DNA of 64,000 nucleotides from an uncultured Bacilli bacterium (GTDB lineage Bacteria; Bacillota_I; Bacilli_A; RF39; UBA660): NCBI GenBank assembly GCA_944332715.1, contig CALVKN010000001.1, positions 13,415 to 77,414 of the forward strand, read 5' to 3'. Shown piece by piece: positions 9,139 to 17,336 of this stretch (position 1 is its first letter; each line of letters starts with the position of its first letter). The notes under the pieces were generated by a model. It saw only the letters and a program-made list of their open reading frames with translations, ran no database searches and was not told where the DNA came from. The position numbers and the translations under genes were made by a program.

Positions 9139-10161
9139 ATGAAGAAAAAAATAATTGGATTGTGTGCTATTTTGTTACTAGCTAGTGGTTGTGGTAAAAT
9201 TCCTACTCTAGAGAATGGACAAGAAGCAATAGTAACTTTTGAAAATGGGGATATGATAAGTGTTGATGATTTCTACACAGCAATTAAAGATACTTATGGT
9301 TTACAGACTTTAATTACAATGATTGATACTTATGTATTAGAAACAGAATTTCCTGATTATGTAGATGAAGCTCATACTAGAGGAGATGCTTATGCTGATG
9401 CTTATGTTGAATCATTAGGAAGTGAACAAGCGGTATTAGATAATTATGGATTCCAATCAATGGATGACTTTCGTGAATATTGGTATTTAACAATGCTTCA
9501 AAGTCATGCTATCGAAGAATATGCCAAAGATCAAATAACTGATGAACAAATAGAAGATTATTATAATAATGATGTCATCGGTGATATGGAAATTAGTCAT
9601 ATTTTAATTACACCAAATGTGGATGAAGATGCAACAGATGAAGAAACTGATGCTGCTGAAGAAGAAGCACAAGCAACCGTTGAAGAAATAATTGGCCTAC
9701 TTAATGAAGCAAGTGAAAACGGTGAAGATATCGAAAGCGTATTTGCAGAACTTGCCGAAGAATATTCAGAAGATGAAGATACTAAAGATGATGGTGGTTC
9801 CCTAGGAAGAATCAACTACGGCGATTTAAGTAGTAACTATGATGAATTAATTACTGCTGCTGAAGAACTTGAAGATGGTGAATATTCAACTGAAGTAATT
9901 ACTACTGAACTAGGATATCATGTAGTATTAAAAGTAAAAAGTTATGAAAAAGATTCTCTAGATGATGTAAGAGATGAAATAATTGATACACTATCACAAG
10001 AATATGTTAATGATAATGATGATGCTGGAATTAATGCCCTACAACATTATCGCCGTGCTTATGGTATGGAAATCCAAGATGATGAAATAAATAAACAATA
10101 TTCTAATTATATTACTAATATGTTATTACAATTACAACAATCATCTGAAACCACTGAATAA
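9139..10161 (+). CDS. prsA: foldase lipoprotein PrsA (parvulin-type PPIase)
   Basis: Lipobox LLASGC. Parvulin domain runs from ISHILI to GGSLGRI and GYHVVLKV. Confidence 0.8.
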   Translation: MKKKIIGLCAILLLASGCGKIPTLENGQEAIVTFENGDMISVDDFYTAIKDTYGLQTLITMIDTYVLETEFPDYVDEAHTRGDAYADAYVESLGSEQAVLDNYGFQSMDDFREYWYLTMLQSHAIEEYAKDQITDEQIEDYYNNDVIGDMEISHILITPNVDEDATDEETDAAEEEAQATVEEIIGLLNEASENGEDIESVFAELAEEYSEDEDTKDDGGSLGRINYGDLSSNYDELITAAEELEDGEYSTEVITTELGYHVVLKVKSYEKDSLDDVRDEIIDTLSQEYVNDNDDAGINALQHYRRAYGMEIQDDEINKQYSNYITNMLLQLQQSSETTE

Positions 10162-10165
10162 CAAT

Positions 10166-10203
10166 AAAAAACTGAAAGTTATAAATGACTTTCAGTTTTT
10201 TTC
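10166..10203. terminator. bidirectional Rho-independent terminator
   Basis: A-run, then ACTGAAAGT...ACTTTCAGT, then T-run, between convergent genes. Confidence 0.55.
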
Positions 10204-10208
10204 TTGCC

Positions 10209-11468
10209 TTAATTAGCTTTACAATCACCAAATGGATCAAATAAACAATCTGTACAACTTTCAAAACTATCATCAGAGAATGCCTCCGTAGCACCATATA
10301 CCAAAGATAATAAAAAGTTTAAAATTGTAGGTATAAAAAATATTATTACTGCAATTAATACTCTTCTTATAAAAGACATCAATGCTTCCTTCGGAGCTTT
10401 ATCATCACTTGATATTGTTGCCTTAGCAAAGTCTATTGAACCTAAAATAATTAATAAAAGTGGTACTACTATCTTCGCCGCAAACAATAAATATCCCACT
10501 ATTTGAAATGTTGTTTGCACCCCAGATTCTTCACAAAAATGGATTTCTTCTATTATTAAATCCTCAGCCTCAGAAATAACATTTTCTGATTGTGGTTTAT
10601 ATTCATTAGCGGCCCCTTGCTCAAAATCACCATAGGTATTATCGTTATCATCTACTGCATAAATATAATAAACTTGGGAATATCCCGCAGTATTCATATT
10701 TATTTTTATATCAGCAAATGAATAACTACCATTACTACTAGTATAAATATTTTCTGGATTCATTACCATATATGTATCTTGCTTCCATGTCGTTGCTAAT
10801 CCACTACTATCTCTAGCAACTGTCCCACCTTGCATCGACCTATTATCAGTTACAATAATATATCTTCCAGCACTACCATCACTTAAGGTTTCATAGCCTA
10901 ATTCTAAATAAACATTTTCACCATCCAATTCTTTATAATAAGTTTTACATGTTATTGCACTTGCCACATGACATTGAGCATCATCCCCACTTTCACCATT
11001 AGCAGATTGATTATTTCCAGATGTGCTTCTTGTAGAATATGTAAAACATATTTGATCAGATGGACAAATATCATCGATATAATAATCCGAACCATAAATA
11101 TAAATATATAAATTACTTGGACACGTATTAGTTTGAGAATATTGATTTAAAAAGCTCATGTAATCAAAATTATTATAATATAAATAATAATCATTAATTA
11201 TATGAAAAGTATTATACTCATTATTACTATTTATTAATAATTCTTTACTTCCTCCATTATATGATGCATAAATTCCTTCATTATTTCCAGAAAAATCTAT
11301 TCTTTCTATCCCACTACCAGGACCAGCTTCATCAACTAAAGTATAATTACAACTAAAGCCATTATCTAATATATCACCATATTCTGAATAAATATCATTC
11401 CAATCTTCACATCCACATAATAACAAAAAAACACCAGTTAATATCAAAAACTTTACACACCTATTCAT
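10209..11468 (-). CDS. lipoprotein-like extracellular protein with a C-terminal two-TM/4-Cys anchor module (paralog family member 1)
   Basis: The probable start is MNRCVKFLILTGVFLLLCGC (lipobox), preceded by GAGAGGAG. The C-terminus ...HFC...KIVVPLLLIILGSIDFAKATISSDDKAPK...IFFIPTILN...CTDCLFDPFGDC is shared with ORFs 16267-17334 and 18479-18880. Confidence 0.6.
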   Translation of the reverse strand: MNRCVKFLILTGVFLLLCGCEDWNDIYSEYGDILDNGFSCNYTLVDEAGPGSGIERIDFSGNNEGIYASYNGGSKELLINSNNEYNTFHIINDYYLYYNNFDYMSFLNQYSQTNTCPSNLYIYIYGSDYYIDDICPSDQICFTYSTRSTSGNNQSANGESGDDAQCHVASAITCKTYYKELDGENVYLELGYETLSDGSAGRYIIVTDNRSMQGGTVARDSSGLATTWKQDTYMVMNPENIYTSSNGSYSFADIKINMNTAGYSQVYYIYAVDDNDNTYGDFEQGAANEYKPQSENVISEAEDLIIEEIHFCEESGVQTTFQIVGYLLFAAKIVVPLLLIILGSIDFAKATISSDDKAPKEALMSFIRRVLIAVIIFFIPTILNFLLSLVYGATEAFSDDSFESCTDCLFDPFGDCKAN

Positions 11469-11488
11469 CAATATTCTCCTCTCATAAT

Positions 11489-12259
11489 TCAATTATAATC
11501 TAAATAATCCTTTTTATCAACAGTATAATTATATCCTTTACTATATAAATACTGTCTTAATTTTAATTCTAATTCTCTTCCCTGATATTTCTTACTATAT
11601 TTTTTATATGCCTTTAATACTTCTTTTTTTAGAATATCTTCATTATCTTCATAATCCATATTATCCACTAAACTACCTATTAAATTACTTGTATATCCCA
11701 TATTTTTTAAATCTTGTTCTATTTTACTTTGTAAAACTTTCTTAGAATAGTTACGATTACTTTTAATTCTTTTTTCTATTATTTTCTTTATTCTTTCTTG
11801 CCAAAAGTAAACATTATCATCAATGTATTTTTCTACTTCACTACCTTTAAAACCTAGTTTTTCTAATTCATAAATTATTTTCCTAGGTCCTTTTAAGCTT
11901 AAATTAATTTGATCTGCTACATAACTTTTAATATATACCTCATCATTTAAATACTTTTGTTCTTCTAATCTTTTAATAGTTTGTCTTATTATTTCCCTAC
12001 TATAATTCTTATTACATAACTTATCTTCAATTTCTTTTTTAGTTCTAAGTTTACTTTTAATATACTTTAATGCATCATAATAGGCATTTACACCATTATT
12101 ATAATTAATTATTTCTTCAAGTTTCTTTTCATCAAATTCTTTTTTACTCAATAAATTATATTTAATTATTGTATCATCATAAAAACTTAGTGAGGTTTTA
12201 TCACTAAGCATTATTTGATATTGATTGTTTTTCTTCTTAATTATCTTTTCTACTTTCAT
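11489..12259 (-). CDS. recX: RecA regulator RecX
   Basis: 256 aa with repeated three-helix RecX-type segments (KKEIEDKLCNKNYSREIIRQTIKRLEEQKYLNDEVY). Confidence 0.7.
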   Translation of the reverse strand: MKVEKIIKKKNNQYQIMLSDKTSLSFYDDTIIKYNLLSKKEFDEKKLEEIINYNNGVNAYYDALKYIKSKLRTKKEIEDKLCNKNYSREIIRQTIKRLEEQKYLNDEVYIKSYVADQINLSLKGPRKIIYELEKLGFKGSEVEKYIDDNVYFWQERIKKIIEKRIKSNRNYSKKVLQSKIEQDLKNMGYTSNLIGSLVDNMDYEDNEDILKKEVLKAYKKYSKKYQGRELELKLRQYLYSKGYNYTVDKKDYLDYN

Positions 12260-13275
12260 TAGTTATTTTCTTTTGAAATAAATTCTTTACAAGCCTCATC
12301 TAAATCTTTTGCTAACTTTTCCATATCTTTATAATCTTTAGAACGACAGCCTGATGCAAATTTATGTCCTCCCCCATTATATTTACTAGCTATTTCATTT
12401 ATTACTGGCCCTCTACTTCTTATATTGGCTTTATATATATCATTTCTCTCATCATATACAACAAACATCCAACATAAAAGTTCTTTAATAAAGTAAAAAT
12501 CATTAACTTGATTTGATACACTTGTTGCTTCAACGCTATATTTTTGCAAGTCTTCTGCGGATACAAAAATATACCCAAAATGATTTTCTGTAATCTCTAA
12601 GTTATTAGTTAAAAAAGCTCTAAATTTTTCTTCAACAATACTTCTTTCATATAAGTTATCATATAAAGGAACAAAATCAATTTTACTTACATTTAATAAA
12701 TTATATACAGTTTTAAAAGTTTCTGTACTTGTGTTTTGTAGTAAAAATCTATCACTATCAAAAACCATTCCAATATATAAGTTTTCCGCAATTTTTTGGT
12801 CCATTACTAATTTAGTATCTAGTATTAAATTAGTAATCATCTCACAAGTGCTGCTCATGCCTTCATCTGTCCAATCGACATCTCCAATGATATCTTCCGC
12901 TGGATGATGATCAATCTTTAGTATAGCTTTATATTCCAAGCCATCAATTCCATCTACTCTAAAAAAGTTTGGAACATCTAAAACAATAAGTAAAGCATCT
13001 TTAAGTTCCGTTAAATCTGGCTTATCAAGATTACCTAAGTATTTAAATTTCGATACTCCCGCACCAACTGCATAAACTTTTTTTTGAGGGAATGTTAGTC
13101 TTATGGAATCCCTAAGCGCTATTTGACTAGCAATAGCATCGGGATCAGGACCAATATGTCTAGCAAGCACTATTTCATTATAATCTTTAATTATTTTAAA
13201 TATTTTTTTGTATAATTCCCTTTTAATTATACTCACCCCTCTATTTATCAGATAGTTCCATTGTATCAATTGCAA
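12259..13275 (-). CDS. nrnA: DHH/DHHA1 phosphoesterase, NrnA-like oligoribonuclease/pAp phosphatase
   Basis: Motifs RHIGPDPDAIAS, KIDHHP, GGGHKFASG. The true start is probably downstream of the track start, because the track ORF overlaps the ackA 3' end. Confidence 0.8.
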   Translation of the reverse strand: MQLIQWNYLINRGVSIIKRELYKKIFKIIKDYNEIVLARHIGPDPDAIASQIALRDSIRLTFPQKKVYAVGAGVSKFKYLGNLDKPDLTELKDALLIVLDVPNFFRVDGIDGLEYKAILKIDHHPAEDIIGDVDWTDEGMSSTCEMITNLILDTKLVMDQKIAENLYIGMVFDSDRFLLQNTSTETFKTVYNLLNVSKIDFVPLYDNLYERSIVEEKFRAFLTNNLEITENHFGYIFVSAEDLQKYSVEATSVSNQVNDFYFIKELLCWMFVVYDERNDIYKANIRSRGPVINEIASKYNGGGHKFASGCRSKDYKDMEKLAKDLDEACKEFISKENN

Positions 13276-14422
13276 TCATTAATTCTTCATTAGTTGGTAC
13301 AACATATACTGGAATTTTGGAATTATCTGTAGATATAAGTCTAAATTCTCCACGGAAATCATTCTTTTCTTCATCAAGTTCTACACCTAAAGAAGCAATT
13401 CTATCAATAATCATCTTACGCATTGTTTTGCTATTTTCCCCAACTCCAGCAGTTAAGCAAATAACATCTGCGCCTCCAAGTAAATTATTATACATTGCAA
13501 TATAATTAGCAATCTTTCTAGCATAAATTTCTTGAGCTAAAATTGCTCTTTCATTTCCTTCTTCAGCAGCTGCTTCAACATCTCTTGAGTCACTACTTAC
13601 TCCACTTATCCCAAGTAAACCACTCTTTTTATTTAGTTCATTGGTAAGTTCACTAATAGATGCACTAGTTTGTTTATTCATAAATTCAAGTATTGATGCA
13701 TCGATATCTCCACTACGAGTACCCATCATAATACCTGCAAGAGGAGTAAATCCCATTGATGTATCAACAACTTTACCACTATCTATTGCTGTAATACTAC
13801 CACCATTACCAATATGGCAAGATATTACTTTTAAATCGTCTCTTTTTAAGTATTCACTAATTGTCTTATTGATAAATCTATGACTAGTTCCATGAAATCC
13901 ATACTTTCTTACTTGATATTTTTCATACCATTCATATGGAACCGGATATAAATATTCAGTTGCAGCCATAGTTGTATGGAAAGCTGTATCAAATACACCT
14001 ACTTGAATAACTCCAGGTAACACTTCCATGAATGCTCTAACTCCCATAATATTTGCAGGATTATGTAGTGGAGCTAAATCGTTGTATTTAGAAATTCTAT
14101 TCAAGATTTCTTCATTTAATACAACTGATGATGAAAATTCTTGACCACCATGAACAATTCTGTGTCCTACTCCTTCAATATCACTCAAAGAACTAATAAT
14201 ATTTAAATTAACTAATTCATCCATTAAAACTTTTACTGCAACAGCATGATCAGTTAATTCACTTTCTTTAGTAATTTTTTCCCCATTATATTTAATAGTA
14301 TAAAAACTACCCTCAAGGCCTATTTTTTCAAATAAACCACTAGCAATAACTTCTTGTGCTGGCATTTCAATCAATGTAAACTTAAGTGATGAAGAACCAG
14401 CATTTACTGATAATATTTTCAT
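13241..14422 (-). CDS. ackA: acetate kinase
   Basis: MKILSVNAGSSSLKF, preceded by GGGGAGGTGG. FHGTSH and other AckA motifs are present. Confidence 0.95.
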   Translation of the reverse strand: MKILSVNAGSSSLKFTLIEMPAQEVIASGLFEKIGLEGSFYTIKYNGEKITKESELTDHAVAVKVLMDELVNLNIISSLSDIEGVGHRIVHGGQEFSSSVVLNEEILNRISKYNDLAPLHNPANIMGVRAFMEVLPGVIQVGVFDTAFHTTMAATEYLYPVPYEWYEKYQVRKYGFHGTSHRFINKTISEYLKRDDLKVISCHIGNGGSITAIDSGKVVDTSMGFTPLAGIMMGTRSGDIDASILEFMNKQTSASISELTNELNKKSGLLGISGVSSDSRDVEAAAEEGNERAILAQEIYARKIANYIAMYNNLLGGADVICLTAGVGENSKTMRKMIIDRIASLGVELDEEKNDFRGEFRLISTDNSKIPVYVVPTNEELMIAIDTMELSDK

Positions 14423-14466
14423 TTCTTCCACCTCCCCTTTATTATACAAAAAAAAAGATAATTTGG

Positions 14467-14664
14467 CTATCTTTTTCCAGAGATTTCCCCATTTTTTACG
14501 CTGTTTTGATTAGTATACATAGCTTTTTTATCATAATCTATTACTCTCCTTGCATTACTATCCAAATTATACCCATAAGGATTAGAATATTCCATTTTCA
14601 ATTTTTCTAATCTACTATTATTGGTTACATCATATCCCTTATAATAATAATTTGTATTATACAT
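14467..14664 (-). CDS. hypothetical Tyr/Asn-rich 65-aa protein
   Basis: ORF with a weak GGTGA RBS. The terminator hairpin overlaps its stop. No recognisable family. Confidence 0.35.
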   Translation of the reverse strand: MYNTNYYYKGYDVTNNSRLEKLKMEYSNPYGYNLDSNARRVIDYDKKAMYTNQNSVKNGEISGKR

Positions 14665-14730
14665 AATATCACCATTATTATTATGGTAATATTTATATTT
14701 TTTATAACTTTAAATCCGAACACTAGTTAG

Positions 14731-14747
14731 TGTCGAATTTTGTCAGA
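14731..14747 (+). promoter_or_regulatory. tandem Spo0A-box-like motifs TGTCGAA-ttt-TGTCAGA, 9 nt upstream of the -35
   Basis: A perfect TGTCGAA plus a 5/7 second box at 10-bp phasing. The same arrangement is conserved in copies B and C. Confidence 0.45.
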
Positions 14748-14884
14748 CGATTTTCCTTGCCTTTATCATATTTTAACTCTAGAATAGATAACCGTTACCC
14801 ATAGTGGGAGCGTCTACTTTGCTTTGCTGGATTCCAGCTATCAGGGGGAACCTTGGGAGTCAGGTTTGAAAGGAAGGTGAAGTC

Positions 14885-14965
14885 ATGAACAATAATGAAC
14901 TTTATTTAGTAATGATAGTAATTATACTCGGTTTAATAGCTGATATAAAAGACAAAAGACGCTAA
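14885..14965 (+). CDS. 26-aa hydrophobic peptide with a basic C-terminus (putative type I toxin)
   Basis: SD GGAAGGTGA lies 4 nt before the ATG. MNNNELYLVMIVIILGLIADIKDKRR. Conserved in copies B and C. Confidence 0.55.
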   Translation: MNNNELYLVMIVIILGLIADIKDKRR

Positions 14966-15016
14966 AATAGCGTCTACAACTAGTAGATGCTACCCACCAC
15001 TATGGGTAACACTTAC
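14948..15016 (-). ncRNA. predicted ~65-70-nt antisense sRNA (putative antitoxin); ends are approximate
   Basis: Driven by the conserved extended -10 promoter. It ends at hairpin AGACGCT-ATTTT-AGCGTCT plus TTTTGTCTTTT (minus-strand reading). It is fully complementary to the last codons and the 3' region of the peptide mRNA. Confidence 0.5.
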
Positions 15017-15058
15017 ATATATAATATACCAAATTACATAAATTTATTCAAGTGTTTT

Positions 15059-16249
15059 TCATAATATATCTTCGTACTCTTTGTCCTCTTTTATACCAAC
15101 ACTTATTACTTCATGACCCTTTATTGCTTCATGTATTAATTCTTTATATGGTATCAATTCTTCATATTCTTGTGCCTTTATACTACTTGGATTAATTACA
15201 GGGTGATCTGGCACAAATATAGTACAACAATCTTCATATGGAAGTGTACTTATTTCATATGTACCAATTTTTTTTGCTAAATCAATTATTTCTAGTTTAT
15301 CAAAACATGCAACAGGTCTTATCACTGGCATTTTTATTACGCTATTTATAACCCTCATACTTGTTAGAGTTTGACTAGCCACTTGTCCAATAGATTCCCC
15401 ATTAATTAAAATATTACATTTATTATTATGAGCAATTATAGCACTAATCCGGTACATCATTCTCCGCATTATTGTAATTAAATATTCATGAGGAATATTA
15501 CGAAGTATTGTTTCTTGAATTTTAGTAAAATTAATTACATGTAATTTAACAGTTGTATTATATTTAGCAAGAGTTCTTGCTAATTTAATAACTTTATTCT
15601 TAGCGGCCTCACTAGTGTGCGGAGGACTTTCAAAATATATCGCTTCAATTTTTACTCCCCGCTTTATAGCAAGATATCCTGCAACGGGTGAATCTATTCC
15701 CCCACTTAACATAAGAAGCCCTTTACCAAGAGTTCCAACTGGATAACCACCTAAACCAGGAATACCATTAAAATAATATAACACTTCATCTTTACGTATT
15801 TCTATTTCAATTAATAATTCTGGATTATGAACATCTACCTTTATATTAGATATATTTTTTAATATATATCCACCAACCATTTTACTTACATCCATGCTTT
15901 TAATTGGATAATTCTTATCACTTCTTTTAGTAAGTACTTTAAATGTTTTAAAATCTTTATCCTTAACTAAATTTAATACATTTTCTTTAATTACTTCAAT
16001 ATCTATATTAGCATCTTTATAACCTATTATTACTTCATGTATTCCAAATACATTTTTAATTCTGTCTAATGCAATATTAATATCATCTTCTAAAACATCA
16101 ACAAACATTCTACCAAAATCATAAGATATAGTGTGTTTAATATTACCTAAAGAATTACTTACATTTTGTTTTAACGCTTTTAAAAAGAAATTAATATTAT
16201 CTTTCTTTGTTGAAAGTTCTCCATATTTTATAATTATTATTTTTTTCAT
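15059..16249 (-). CDS. thiI: tRNA 4-thiouridine synthase ThiI
   Basis: THUMP-type N-terminus and PP-loop LSGGIDSPVAGYL. Confidence 0.9.
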   Translation of the reverse strand: MKKIIIIKYGELSTKKDNINFFLKALKQNVSNSLGNIKHTISYDFGRMFVDVLEDDINIALDRIKNVFGIHEVIIGYKDANIDIEVIKENVLNLVKDKDFKTFKVLTKRSDKNYPIKSMDVSKMVGGYILKNISNIKVDVHNPELLIEIEIRKDEVLYYFNGIPGLGGYPVGTLGKGLLMLSGGIDSPVAGYLAIKRGVKIEAIYFESPPHTSEAAKNKVIKLARTLAKYNTTVKLHVINFTKIQETILRNIPHEYLITIMRRMMYRISAIIAHNNKCNILINGESIGQVASQTLTSMRVINSVIKMPVIRPVACFDKLEIIDLAKKIGTYEISTLPYEDCCTIFVPDHPVINPSSIKAQEYEELIPYKELIHEAIKGHEVISVGIKEDKEYEDIL

Positions 16250-16266
16250 TACTAACCCTTTCTAAA

Positions 16267-17334
16267 TTAATTTACTTCACAAACCCCAACATATTGTACC
16301 GATGTCATTACATCATTTAACGAGTACCAACCTGTAGTTGCGTAACTACCACTACCATAACCATTTCCAACATAAACATTATTACCAGATATATCAAGTA
16401 AAGCCATATAATGTTGTGAACTAGTAAATTTGCTAGAACCCCCATTAGATTTCCCATAAACCATGACAACTACCACATTACCTTTATTTAATTCATCTGC
16501 TACATAACTAGAAGTTCTATTAGATGAGGCAAAGCAATCAAAATTATTACTAGTCATCGACTCAATTGCATAATGCGGATAATTATGTCTATTACTTGTA
16601 TTAAAAACAGATAATGGTGTAATCGATTTATCATAAGCAGAAGCCACTACCGCAATAGCACTAATCATACAACCACGCGAAGCAATTGTTACTCCATCCG
16701 GATACATTGTATTACCCCAAATTGCGTCATTTTGATAATATAAATTATATGTAACACCATTTTTTGTACTAGTATAAGTATTACCACTAGCAGGACTATT
16801 TTCTCCACCAGAAGGTGTATTTATATCATTTGATGGTGCATCAGATGGAACATCTAAATTATCTTCGTTTGGTTCTAACATATCTTCATCCACATCAGGA
16901 TTATCATCTTGATTTTCAGTATTTATTATTACTTGATTATTATTTTTTCTTTCTTCTTCAGCACCAGTTATATATTCTTTGCAAGTAGAACTAAGTGGAT
17001 CTAATAAACACTCACTACATGCATTAACTCCTTCTAAATTTGCTACATTATCTATTAAGTCAAAAACAACTTTTACAATGGTAGGAATAAAAAATATACA
17101 TATACCAACAATTAATCTTTTAAATAAAGATAATGAAGACTTTTTTATTGCCTTATCATCACTACTAGCTATAGCCTTAGCAAAATCAACAATTCCAAAT
17201 ATAATAATAATTAAAGGAACTAATATTTTAAGAGCAAAAAGCCCATATCCCACAAATTGCCATATGGCTGATGTTTTAAAACAAAAAGAATACTCAGTCA
17301 TTTCAGCAACACTGATAACTTTAAAAACAAACAT
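16267..17334 (-). CDS. two-TM/4-Cys anchor module fused to a papain-fold (C39-like/CHAP-like) cysteine peptidase domain (family member 2)
   Basis: The N-terminal 110 aa are nearly identical to ORF 18479-18880. An acidic linker follows, then SRGCMISAIAVVASAY (candidate catalytic Cys) and SQHYMALLDISG (candidate His). Confidence 0.6.
   Translation of the reverse strand: MFVFKVISVAEMTEYSFCFKTSAIWQFVGYGLFALKILVPLIIIIFGIVDFAKAIASSDDKAIKKSSLSLFKRLIVGICIFFIPTIVKVVFDLIDNVANLEGVNACSECLLDPLSSTCKEYITGAEEERKNNNQVIINTENQDDNPDVDEDMLEPNEDNLDVPSDAPSNDINTPSGGENSPASGNTYTSTKNGVTYNLYYQNDAIWGNTMYPDGVTIASRGCMISAIAVVASAYDKSITPLSVFNTSNRHNYPHYAIESMTSNNFDCFASSNRTSSYVADELNKGNVVVVMVYGKSNGGSSKFTSSQHYMALLDISGNNVYVGNGYGSGSYATTGWYSLNDVMTSVQYVGVCEVN
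17041..17290. repeat. direct repeat, copy 1 (partner at 18588-18836), includes a 116-bp perfect match
   Basis: 17150-17265 is identical base for base to 18696-18811 (compared by hand). The flanks are highly similar. Confidence 0.9.
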
Positions 17335-17336
17335 AT

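Larger units (their letters stand above)
14731..15051 (+). other. candidate type I toxin-antitoxin-like module, copy A
   Basis: One of three conserved copies. Elements in order: tandem 0A-box-like motifs, promoter TTGCCT-17-TAGAAT (14757-14785), 5' repeat GTTACCCATAGTGGGAGCGTCTAC (14794-14817), small ORF, 3' repeat GTAGATGCTACCCACCACTATGGGTAAC (14983-15010), and convergent promoter TTGAAT-17-TGgTATATT (reverse complement of 15051-15023). Confidence 0.65.

Noticed and set aside
14794-15010. The three repeated modules as MITEs with GTTACCCATAGTGG terminal inverted repeats, or as retron msr/msd or other known large ncRNAs
   Set aside because: Conservation extends beyond the inverted repeats over both promoter regions and the 0A-like boxes. 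No target duplications were seen. A conserved SD plus small ORF lies inside each copy. No reverse transcriptase or transposase is nearby. The size and motifs do not fit the OLE, ROOL, GOLLD or raiA RNAs as I recall them. The MITE idea remains the main alternative to test.
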